Made by a program: the position numbers and the translations under genes
Notes under the pieces: model-generated
The model's input: only the letters and a program-made list of their open reading frames with translations
What the model was told of the DNA's origin: nothing
The model's database searches: none
DNA from: Candidatus Hydrogenedentota bacterium
Lineage (GTDB): Bacteria > Hydrogenedentota > Hydrogenedentia > Hydrogenedentales > SLHB01
DNA: 29,575 nt
Direction of reading: 5' to 3'
Assembly: GCA_029974275.1 (NCBI GenBank)
Contig: JARKSN010000013.1
Span: 1 to 29,575, forward strand
In this document: one piece after another, positions 1 through 9,386 of the stretch
Position numbering within the stretch: the stretch's first letter is position 1
Layout of the letters: each line of letters opens with the position of its first letter

Positions 1-968
1 CGCACCTGAATCTCGTCATGAGGCCCAATCCGCACCGTCCCCGGGATGATAGGACGCGCCGAATGGCGCAACGGCATCGGACCGGGCGATCCCGGCGTCG
101 TGGCGATTTGAGAACACATCTCGGTCATCCCATACGTCGCATACACGGGCAGATGCGCCTCCTCGGCCTCCTGCAATATCGATATGGGCAGCGGCCCGCC
201 GCCAAGCAGGATCGCTCTCAGTCCTGCCAGCGCGCGGCGTCCTTCACTCACATCGAGCAAACGCCGGAGCTGCGCTGGAACAAGCGAGACGTGCGTGACG
301 CCCATGCGCGAAATCGTCTCGACAAGCGTGGCCTCTCGATCGGGCAACGCGATCGTCGCGCCAGCCAGCCAGCAGCGAAAAAGAATGGCCAAGCCCGACA
401 CATGGTGCAGCGGCAGCGACAACCCCCAACAATCGTGCGGCGCCAACGGAAGATTCGCATTCGAGGCGCGTGCATTCGCCCAATGCTGGGCAAGATGGTG
501 AACAGCGGCCTTGGGACGCCCCGTCGATCCCGATGTCCAGACGATCGTCGCCGGAATATTGGGATCGACCCGCGCCTCGGACAACGCGGAACCAGAAGCA
601 AACAAAGCCAGCGGCGATACAATCGGGATGCCCGCATTCAACGGAATCCGCGTGAAGATATGGGTTGCCTGCGCCTCTTCCGCCCGAGCCACGACCTCAT
701 CATGGAGAAGCCGCGCATCGATCGGACAGGCGACCGCGCCCAAGCGCCATAGCGCCGGAAAAACAGCCACCGTCTCCGCCGAACGATCTTCGAAAATCAC
801 GACGCGACTGTCTTGCTGCACGCCCTCTGCGCGAAGAACGCCGGCGACGCGGGCGACGCATTCATCGAAGACGGCGTAGGTGAAAATCCTTTGCGCGGTG
901 ACCAATGCCGCCGCGCCGGGAGCGCGCCTTGCCGCCACATGCAAGGGACACTCGGCGCTAGCAAACAC
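1..968 (-). CDS. menE: O-succinylbenzoate--CoA ligase (5' part; runs off the left edge of the window)
   Basis: Absent from the ORF track; translated by hand from a GTG at 968 that overlaps the menC stop, with GAGGT upstream: MFASAECPLHVAARRAPGAAALV... It has the AMP-binding loop ATIVWTSGSTGRPKAAVH, SLPLHHVSGL, ILLGGG and ATYGMTEMCSQIAT, and lies directly after menA-menC. Confidence 0.9.
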   Translation of the reverse strand, partial: MFASAECPLHVAARRAPGAAALVTAQRIFTYAVFDECVARVAGVLRAEGVQQDSRVVIFEDRSAETVAVFPALWRLGAVACPIDARLLHDEVVARAEEAQATHIFTRIPLNAGIPIVSPLALFASGSALSEARVDPNIPATIVWTSGSTGRPKAAVHHLAQHWANARASNANLPLAPHDCWGLSLPLHHVSGLAILFRCWLAGATIALPDREATLVETISRMGVTHVSLVPAQLRRLLDVSEGRRALAGLRAILLGGGPLPISILQEAEEAHLPVYATYGMTEMCSQIATTPGSPGPMPLRHSARPIIPGTVRIGPHDEIQV

Positions 969-2076
969 GGGCGACCTCGCGCATTCGGGTGAAATCCGGC
1001 CGTACCGCCGCCGCATCTTTTACCACAATATGTCCGTCAGCCGCCATGGGCGTGAAAGCGGCTGCGTCCTCCCCAAACCATGCGCCTGTGCCAAGTCCCG
1101 CATGGGTGTCAGCGGAACGCAACGAGGCCGCCCATTGCGCCAGGCATGCGAGGCCAACGCCGCTTTCGAAACACGAGCTGATAACGAGAGGAATGGATCT
1201 CTCCGCCGCCAATGCATCCAGCGCCGCCAACGCATCCAAGCCGCCAACCAACGTAGGCTTGACAACAAAGGCTCCAGCACAGAACGCCAATGCGCGCCAA
1301 TCAAGACGCGGATCGCTTAACGACTCATCCAACGCAATCGTCACCCCCGCAGCCCTCACAAACTCCGGCAATCGGGAAACGTCGCGCAAGGGCTCCTCAA
1401 TATAATCGATATGCGCCTCAGAAAATCCGGCGGCAACGTCAACGGCCTCCTCAAAATGCCACGCTCGATTCGCATCAAGGCGCAAACGGGCGCCAGGCCC
1501 AATCGCTTCGCGAACGCGAAACGCCGCACGAAGCTCCGACTCCCTGTCGCCGCGCCCAACCTTCAGCTTAAACGCCGAATATCCCTTCTGGACCAACCGC
1601 CCGGCGACATCGCCCACATCATCCAAAGGACCCGCCAGTAACGCATTGACTGCAACGCATGAACGATGCGCTTGGGAAAGCGTTTCCGCAACCGTCATGC
1701 CCTCCCCCCTGGCCAGCAAATCAAGAACAGCGCAATCGACGCCAAACCGAACCGACGGCGGCAATATTCCAGGGCCGCGCCACGACATCCCGCTCAAAAC
1801 ATGATCGAGAACAGGCCGAACGCACGAAACGCCCTTTCCGCAAATCCATTCCATCCACTGCGTCGCAAATAATTGCGCCGCATCAATCGATTCGCCGCTC
1901 GCGCCGGGAAGTGGCGCAATCTCGCCAACGCCTTCCGCGCCATCTGCCGCCGCCACACGAAGGATCAAGCCGCTTCGCACGCAAGACGACTCGCCCGACC
2001 GCCCCGCGCCGTATCCGGCGAGAGAACGACGCAACGACAGATCGTAGCGATACAGCGAAGCGTTGACGACTTTCAC
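958..2076 (-). CDS. menC: o-succinylbenzoate synthase (enolase superfamily)
   Basis: C-terminal part of ORF 958..2475. Motifs GEIAPLPGAS, KLKVG, RLDANRAW, YIEEP, ALDES, VVKPT, SSCFESGVG, GLGT. Likely start is GTG 2076, forming a GTGA overlap with the menA stop. Confidence 0.9.
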   Translation of the reverse strand: MKVVNASLYRYDLSLRRSLAGYGAGRSGESSCVRSGLILRVAAADGAEGVGEIAPLPGASGESIDAAQLFATQWMEWICGKGVSCVRPVLDHVLSGMSWRGPGILPPSVRFGVDCAVLDLLARGEGMTVAETLSQAHRSCVAVNALLAGPLDDVGDVAGRLVQKGYSAFKLKVGRGDRESELRAAFRVREAIGPGARLRLDANRAWHFEEAVDVAAGFSEAHIDYIEEPLRDVSRLPEFVRAAGVTIALDESLSDPRLDWRALAFCAGAFVVKPTLVGGLDALAALDALAAERSIPLVISSCFESGVGLACLAQWAASLRSADTHAGLGTGAWFGEDAAAFTPMAADGHIVVKDAAAVRPDFTRMREVARVC

Positions 2077-2960
2077 AAAAGCCACCCTGCCGAAAAAGCG
2101 GCGCCATATGCCCAGAGAAGACGCCCCGTCTGTGCAAGAACGCGATTCAGATCGCGCCCCACCGCCCCCATCAAGACGACACACACCGGACGAATGCCCA
2201 ACGCAAGCGCCGCAACAGACGCCAGGAGCGCCCCGTGGTTTCCCGTGCTCCACGCAAGATACATCGGCACAAGAAACGCCGCCGTGAATATGCAGACGCC
2301 ATACTCCCCCCGGGCAAAGCCCGCGCCAAAACGCACCGCGAGCGAACGTTTTCCCGCGCGGCGATCCTCCTCGATATCGCGCAGATTGTTCACCGTCAAC
2401 AACGCAACGGACAATAGCCCCGGGGCCAAACCCGCCACGACAGCCGCCCCCGAAACGTGTTGCACATGCAGCCAATAGGTTCCCGCAAGCGCGACGGGGC
2501 CAAAAAAAACCAATACGAACACGTCAGCCAATCCAATATACCCAAGCGGAAAAGGGCCGGCCGTATACAACGCCCCGCAAAGAATCGAGACGAGCCCAAT
2601 CACCGCAAACGGCCAACCGCCACGCCAAACAATGTAGGCGCCCGGCGCGCACGCAAGAAAAAAAACCAACGCCGCAGCACGACGCATGGCCCTCGGCGAG
2701 ACAAGCCCCGCTTGCGTTGCGCGAACAGGACCCACCCGATCGGACGTGTCGGCCCCCTTGACAAAATCGGCATAATCGTTGGCAAGATTCGTTCCAATTT
2801 GAATAAGCATCGCCCCAAAAAGCGCACAGAATGCCGACAACCCATCCACGGCTCCCGCGCGAAACGCCATCGCCGTGGCCATGACTACCGGAACAATTCC
2901 CGCGCCCAGCGTCTTCGGTCGCGCCGCCTCAATCCATATTCGCGCCGAACGCACGCTCAT
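2073..2960 (-). CDS. menA: 1,4-dihydroxy-2-naphthoate polyprenyltransferase
   Basis: WIEAARPKTL, QIGTNLANDYADFVKGAD, NNLRDIEEDRRAGKRSLAVRFG; multiple TM helices. Confidence 0.95.
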   Translation of the reverse strand: MSVRSARIWIEAARPKTLGAGIVPVVMATAMAFRAGAVDGLSAFCALFGAMLIQIGTNLANDYADFVKGADTSDRVGPVRATQAGLVSPRAMRRAAALVFFLACAPGAYIVWRGGWPFAVIGLVSILCGALYTAGPFPLGYIGLADVFVLVFFGPVALAGTYWLHVQHVSGAAVVAGLAPGLLSVALLTVNNLRDIEEDRRAGKRSLAVRFGAGFARGEYGVCIFTAAFLVPMYLAWSTGNHGALLASVAALALGIRPVCVVLMGAVGRDLNRVLAQTGRLLWAYGAAFSAGWLL

Positions 2961-3021
2961 GACGCGCCGCCATCAAGGCGTTCCGTCTCTTCGGAAATCC
3001 AGAACACTTCTACGCAGCCCA

Positions 3022-3648
3022 TCAGGCCCCCTCTACGCGCTTGCGCTCCATCCAGCAAAAGCGCAACGTCAACGTTCCCTCGCGCTCGATGCGAACATGC
3101 GGACGCAGGAAATCAAACGTGGTCGAATGAATATCAATGTCGGCGAAATGCGGATCCTCGCGCCAATGCTCCCCGACAATATGATACCCCGCTTTTTCAT
3201 AACACCGAATCGCGCGGGCGTTCGAGGCAGCCACGTCAAAACGAATGCTCTCCATGCGGTTGACAAAACACCAGTCCGACACAAGACGCATCGCGCGCAC
3301 CCCAACGCCACGATCGCACCAATCGGGATGAACGCGAAACCCCATGTTGCCAATCACGCGATGCTCCCAATCTATCTCGACAAACGTGAGATAAATCACC
3401 GCGCGCGCCTCGCCCACATCGCCTACAAGAACGATGCGATTCGGCGACAGATTGCGCTTGATATACACCTCGTTGCGCCGGACCGGAGTCGCGGATCCAA
3501 AACTCAGACGGAAAGAGCCATACGGAAAAGGATACGGCGGCCACGCGGCAAGAAGATCAACATCCTGCCGCGTCCATGCGCGCAAACACAAATCCCCCTC
3601 CCTTACCGGCAGCGTAGCAAGCATTCCGCTCTTGGTTATCACGCTCAC
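3022..3648 (-). CDS. GNAT (RimJ/RimL-like) N-acetyltransferase
   Basis: GFRVHPDWCDRGVG (motif A) and VAASNARAIRCYEKAGY (motif B). Confidence 0.85.
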   Translation of the reverse strand: MSVITKSGMLATLPVREGDLCLRAWTRQDVDLLAAWPPYPFPYGSFRLSFGSATPVRRNEVYIKRNLSPNRIVLVGDVGEARAVIYLTFVEIDWEHRVIGNMGFRVHPDWCDRGVGVRAMRLVSDWCFVNRMESIRFDVAASNARAIRCYEKAGYHIVGEHWREDPHFADIDIHSTTFDFLRPHVRIEREGTLTLRFCWMERKRVEGA

Positions 3649-4259
3649 GTCACACTCCCGCGCCCCTGTGGAATCTCCACAACATCCACTGCTTCAGCAC
3701 ACCGCTCCATCTAGATTATCCGCCCCATGGAATACATGCCCTACGGATCTCTTCAGCCGTCCGGCCCCGCCAACGCGCCAGGCGAGAAATCGCCTCCGGG
3801 TCCATATTTGAGCAAACCCGGAATGTAGTTGTCCATCATCAGACCCCAAAGTCAAAGATGTGCGCCCCCTCCCTTCCGATCCCCGTAAAAACCCCGCTGG
3901 CGGGATTCTGCATCTTCATTTGGGCCAAACCAGCAAAGATCTCACAAGCGGGGTGAACAGGATGACGCTACGTCAGGCGCAATCTCGACATAAGCGGAGC
4001 AGAAAGACCGACAGCAACGTGTTCCCTCTGCCCATGCCCGTCGCCGCATGTTGCGCCCATAGCCCCAAAGCAAACGCGGCTACAAGCCCATCCTACGCAC
4101 GTATCGCATTGGCGTGAATTTCGGCTACCTCTCATCGTCCATCTATGGTAGTATCTGCTAAGTCTCCGAAAAAATTGGCGTGCGTTTCGATCCGTACCGC
4201 ACGTTTCTGGCCATGTCCGTGAACAGGCGGTTCGCGCGCAACGTTCAAGAGGACCACAG

Positions 4260-5006
4260 ATGTTGCTACAGACCGAGTTTCAGAAATCCGGCGAATGGTT
4301 ATTTCGATGGAGGAGCTACTTGCCTTTGGTTCTCTTGGGAATCACTCTGATCGCGATGCCTAGTTATCGGCATCCGGGCGGTAACGAAATCGCGTCTGGT
4401 CTCTGGGAGATTCTGTGCTTGGCAGTGAGTCTTCTCGGATTGGGAATCCGCGTCTTCACGATCGGTCATGTCCCTAAACGCACGTCGGGCAGAAACACCA
4501 AACAGCAGGTCGCCGATATTCTCAACACATCCGGGGCGTACTCGATCGTTCGGAATCCTCTATATTTGGGAAACTTCTTCATGGGTTTGGGCGTGGCAAT
4601 GTTCGCCTGTTTCTGGTGGCTTGCCTTGATCTATGCACTCTCTTTCTGGCTCTATTACGAGCGGATAATTTACGCGGAAGAGGCTTATCTGCTTGAGAAA
4701 TTCGGGGATGAATATGCCCAGTGGGCAAACAGGACGCCGGCATTCATACCGGATTTCAGACTGTACACCCCCCCAGACTTGCCGTTTTCGACAAGAACCG
4801 TGCTCCGCCGCGAATTCAATGGTTTTTTCGCCGTGATTCTCATCATGTTCCTTCTCGAGGTCGTTGGAGACATGTTCATTGCAAAAGAGATATTTGTGCA
4901 AATCGATCTTTCGTGGATTGTCGTGTTGGCCGTCGGATTCATCACGTGGGTAATTTTAAGAACACTCAAGAAACATACAAAATTCTTGCATGTCGAAGGA
5001 CGCTAA
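4260..5006 (+). CDS. ICMT/PEMT-family membrane methyltransferase, similar to lipid A phosphate methyltransferase LmtA
   Basis: N-terminal GEWLFRWRSYLP, TSGRNT, GAYSIVRNPLYLGN, YYERIIYAEE, WANRTPAFIP; GAGGA RBS before the TTG start. Confidence 0.8.
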   Translation: MLLQTEFQKSGEWLFRWRSYLPLVLLGITLIAMPSYRHPGGNEIASGLWEILCLAVSLLGLGIRVFTIGHVPKRTSGRNTKQQVADILNTSGAYSIVRNPLYLGNFFMGLGVAMFACFWWLALIYALSFWLYYERIIYAEEAYLLEKFGDEYAQWANRTPAFIPDFRLYTPPDLPFSTRTVLRREFNGFFAVILIMFLLEVVGDMFIAKEIFVQIDLSWIVVLAVGFITWVILRTLKKHTKFLHVEGR

Positions 5007-5067
5007 CCGTTCCGCTTGACCTCTTGGATTCTAACGGGCAACCGTCTTGCGGCCGGCAAATAAACCT

Positions 5068-5586
5068 TCATGCGCCATCTCCCCAAAATCGCTTTTCGAG
5101 CACTTTGCGCGCGGCGGCGCGGTCTTTGGGAATATCGATGTGGCGCGCGAGACACTTTTGCTCGAACTCGTCAAGAGTGCAGATGACGCGGGCAGGGTTT
5201 CCGGCGACGACGGTGTTGGGCGGCACGTCCTTGGTGACGACGCTGCCCGCGCCGACGACGGCGTTCGGACCGATAACGATGTTGGGCAGCAGGGTGACGT
5301 TGACGCCGATCTGGGAATTGTCGCGGATATCGATCGTGCCAAACGCCGTGAGCGATTCGTATTTGTGCTGCAGCGGCCAGGTAAGGTTATGGCAGATGAA
5401 GGTGACATCATTCGACACGCAGACGTGGTTGCCAATGCGAATGAGCCACGGCTCCGGACCGAAGTTCAACGCGTAGATGCGGCAGTCCTCGCCGATGCGC
5501 ACGCCCATCTCACGCAACGTCGCGATGACGGTCTGCTGCGATCCGTAGCGAAGTTTTAGCTTCTGGATAAGGCGTGTAATGCCCAT
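5068..5586 (-). CDS. Hexapeptide-repeat (LbH) sugar O-acyltransferase
   Basis: GVRIGEDC, FGPEPWLIRIGNHV, IGPNAVVGAGSVVTKDVPPNTVVAGNPARVI; GGAG RBS. Confidence 0.9.
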   Translation of the reverse strand: MGITRLIQKLKLRYGSQQTVIATLREMGVRIGEDCRIYALNFGPEPWLIRIGNHVCVSNDVTFICHNLTWPLQHKYESLTAFGTIDIRDNSQIGVNVTLLPNIVIGPNAVVGAGSVVTKDVPPNTVVAGNPARVICTLDEFEQKCLARHIDIPKDRAAARKVLEKRFWGDGA

Positions 5587-5662
5587 GACTTCTCCGGAGT
5601 CATAAACCCGACATACCGCGCGATCGCATAGGCAGGCGCTGCATTGTCAAAGCGTCCATCTT

Positions 5663-6835
<1,173 letters not shown>

Positions 6836-6904
6836 TCTTCCTGCTGCCGAACGCTATGGTACGGCGCGGTCTTCATGGGCGTCAACCATGCAGGCAAATT
6901 ACGA

Positions 6905-8212
6905 TCACAGACGCAGCAGTCTTCCGTCGCCGGGAGCGATGCTCAGCGTGAAGCGCGCCGCGTCTTCTGCATGAACAGGCTCTGCGACGATTACGTTGCC
7001 GGTAAGGACATCCTGAAGATCGCGCACGGACATCGCGACGGGGTTGCCAATGATGCCGGTGAAGTCAACGGAATTCAGGACATCGAGGTTCACCAACAAC
7101 ACAAACCGCGATTGACGAGGCCCCTCGAACGTGCGCACCAGCACGTTGCCGCCGCTCGCGCCGATATATGTTGGCGCGGGACGCAGCGTCGCGAACACCG
7201 GACCAAGTTGTTGCAGTTCCGCCGCGAACTTCCCAATCTCGTCCCACACGGGTCGCGGGTTGAGTTCCTTATCCACGACGCCTTCCAATTTTTCCTCCTG
7301 CGACCACGAGTTGTAGAGGAAGAAAAGAATACCCTTCGAATTTTCCGCGAGCGCGCAATAGGCCGTGGCGCGAATCTCCGCTATCGTCGGCATACGGAAC
7401 GCGCCGCCCTTGGCAAACGTCTGGACCGCCATCCAATAGGGCAGGCCATTCGTCGTCGCATGATCGCGAACGATGCCGCAGAGCTTGACGAAATCATAAA
7501 AATCATACTGGCCCGGCGTGGAAGCCTCGCCGATCTGATAGCTGTCGAACGTCACCATCGAATACCCCATGTGCGTCGTGCGCGGCAGTTCCGCAAGATT
7601 GCACAACGCGCCGAAGGGCGGATGTTGGGGATCGAGCCGACGCAGCGCCCGACACACGCGATCGATGTTCGCCGCCAACGACGCGGGCGGCTCGTCGATA
7701 ATCTGATAGGCGAATAATGACGGATGTTTCCGCATAGGCTCCACAATCGGCGCGAGACGCCTCTGCAAAACGTCCTCATCCGCGATCATGTCCGCCGAAC
7801 GCACGGACAGGTCCTTGCCGAATTCCGGCCACGCCAGTTCCGCCACTTCGAGAATAATCTTCACGCCCACGCGGTCCGCGACGGACAGTAGGGTCTCGCG
7901 GTAGTCCGGCGGCGTGTTCGGGATAATCACGTAGTCTACGTTGTGTTGCTTGATATCGGTGAAGACCGCCTCGTAATACGCGCGCGCTTTCTTCATGTCG
8001 CGCGGCACATCCACAAACCCCGGCCCGCAATTGATCCCCTCGACCCGTCCGTCGAGATAAATTCCGATCGGAAACACGCTTCGCGCTAGGATATCCTGCA
8101 CGGCGATCGCCGCCGAATCGTTGAACGGAAAAGATTGGGGATCCGCAAACGCAACGCCCCCTGCAATCCCCAGCAAGACAACAAGCCGCAGGAAATCATG
8201 AAGAGGCAGCAT
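6905..8212 (-). CDS. Secreted hypothetical protein, glycoside-hydrolase-like TIM barrel plus beta-rich C-terminus
   Basis: Start moved to ATG 8212 (GGAGAGG RBS, signal peptide MLPLHDFLRLVVLLGIAGGVAFA). Segments FPIGIY, HPSLFAYQIIDEP, FDSY, YWMAVQTF and KGILFFLY resemble clan GH-A-like barrels. Confidence 0.6.
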   Translation of the reverse strand: MLPLHDFLRLVVLLGIAGGVAFADPQSFPFNDSAAIAVQDILARSVFPIGIYLDGRVEGINCGPGFVDVPRDMKKARAYYEAVFTDIKQHNVDYVIIPNTPPDYRETLLSVADRVGVKIILEVAELAWPEFGKDLSVRSADMIADEDVLQRRLAPIVEPMRKHPSLFAYQIIDEPPASLAANIDRVCRALRRLDPQHPPFGALCNLAELPRTTHMGYSMVTFDSYQIGEASTPGQYDFYDFVKLCGIVRDHATTNGLPYWMAVQTFAKGGAFRMPTIAEIRATAYCALAENSKGILFFLYNSWSQEEKLEGVVDKELNPRPVWDEIGKFAAELQQLGPVFATLRPAPTYIGASGGNVLVRTFEGPRQSRFVLLVNLDVLNSVDFTGIIGNPVAMSVRDLQDVLTGNVIVAEPVHAEDAARFTLSIAPGDGRLLRL

Positions 8213-8375
8213 GCCTCTCCATGTTCTTAGGCGGGCATTGCGATGCTTTTCTGCGTCCTTCTTGGTTTCTCGCGACATTTCTCGATTCCTCTCATGCGCT
8301 AGCAGCGACCGCCTGGAAAAACGACAATATGATGATTATATATCTGGATAACTATTCAAAACACTAAAAATGTAT

Positions 8376-9371
8376 CTATTCAAACTTAATCCTTGGGTCG
8401 ATAAGGGCGTAGAGAAAATCGGAGAGGATGAGGCCTATGAGAGTCAGGAAGGCGGAGATGGAGAGGATGCCCATGATGAGGGGGTAATCGCGGGAGAGGA
8501 TGGCTTCGAAGCTGAGACGGCCCATGCCGGGTATCGAGAAGATGCTTTCGATGATGACGCTGCCGCCAATGAGCGCGGGCAGGAGCGTGCCGAGCAGGGT
8601 GATAATTGGGATCAGGGCGTTGCGCATGGCGTATTTGTAGACGATGACGCGTTCGGAAAAGCCGTACGCGCGGGCGGTGCGGATGTAGTCTTGCCGGACG
8701 ACGTCGACCAGCCCGGCGCGCATGAACCGCGACAGGGCGGCGAGTCCGGCGTAGCTCAAGCAGAACACGGGCAACACCAAGTGCCACAGGCGATCGATCA
8801 TCCATTGCCCGAACGGCATCTGCTCGGCCCCGGAAGAACTGATGCCGAAAATGGGAAACCAGTCAAGGTGACGCCCGCCGCCCAAGAACAACATCAGCAA
8901 CATCGCCACCCAAAAACTGGGCAGACTGTAGAGGATGAACAGCGAGAGCGTGATGCCCTTGTCGGTGACGGATCGCTCGTGCGTGGCGCTATACACGCCG
9001 AGCGGGATGGAGATCAGGTAGACGACGAGAAGCGAGAGAACGTTGAGTTGAAGCGTGACGGGCAGCACCTCGAGAATTTTCGTGCGGACGGGGCGCTGGT
9101 CCTTGTACGAGTTGCCGAAATCGAGGACGCACAATCGTCCGAGCCAGCGGACATATTGCACGTAGAGCGGCCTGTCGAGGCCGTATAGTTTCTTGGTCTG
9201 CTCGATGATCTCCTGCGGCACGCTGCGCGAACCCATTGTGCCCTCGGCCTGACGCAGCTTCAGAAACACCGGATTCCCCGGCGCTAACTGCACCACGAGA
9301 AAGGTGATGAGGCTGATCCCAATGAACGTCGGGATGACCAGCAACATCCGCCGCAACAGGTAGGCCTTCAT
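8376..9371 (-). CDS. Peptide/nickel ABC transporter permease (OppB/DppB family)
   Basis: YLLRRML, YGLDRPLYVQY, LDFGNSY, EAA-loop DYIRTARAYG, IESIFSIPGMG, RDYPLIMG, LIDPRI. Confidence 0.95.
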   Translation of the reverse strand: MKAYLLRRMLLVIPTFIGISLITFLVVQLAPGNPVFLKLRQAEGTMGSRSVPQEIIEQTKKLYGLDRPLYVQYVRWLGRLCVLDFGNSYKDQRPVRTKILEVLPVTLQLNVLSLLVVYLISIPLGVYSATHERSVTDKGITLSLFILYSLPSFWVAMLLMLFLGGGRHLDWFPIFGISSSGAEQMPFGQWMIDRLWHLVLPVFCLSYAGLAALSRFMRAGLVDVVRQDYIRTARAYGFSERVIVYKYAMRNALIPIITLLGTLLPALIGGSVIIESIFSIPGMGRLSFEAILSRDYPLIMGILSISAFLTLIGLILSDFLYALIDPRIKFE

Positions 9372-9386
9372 GGTGGCTTCTCGCGC

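Noticed and set aside
18..879. Plus-strand ORFs 18..752 and 511..879
   Set aside because: Antisense shadows of menE; Arg-rich with no motifs.
2077..2475. N-terminal extension of the 505-aa menC ORF
   Set aside because: Overlaps menA in another frame; GTG 2076 gives a normal-length MenC.
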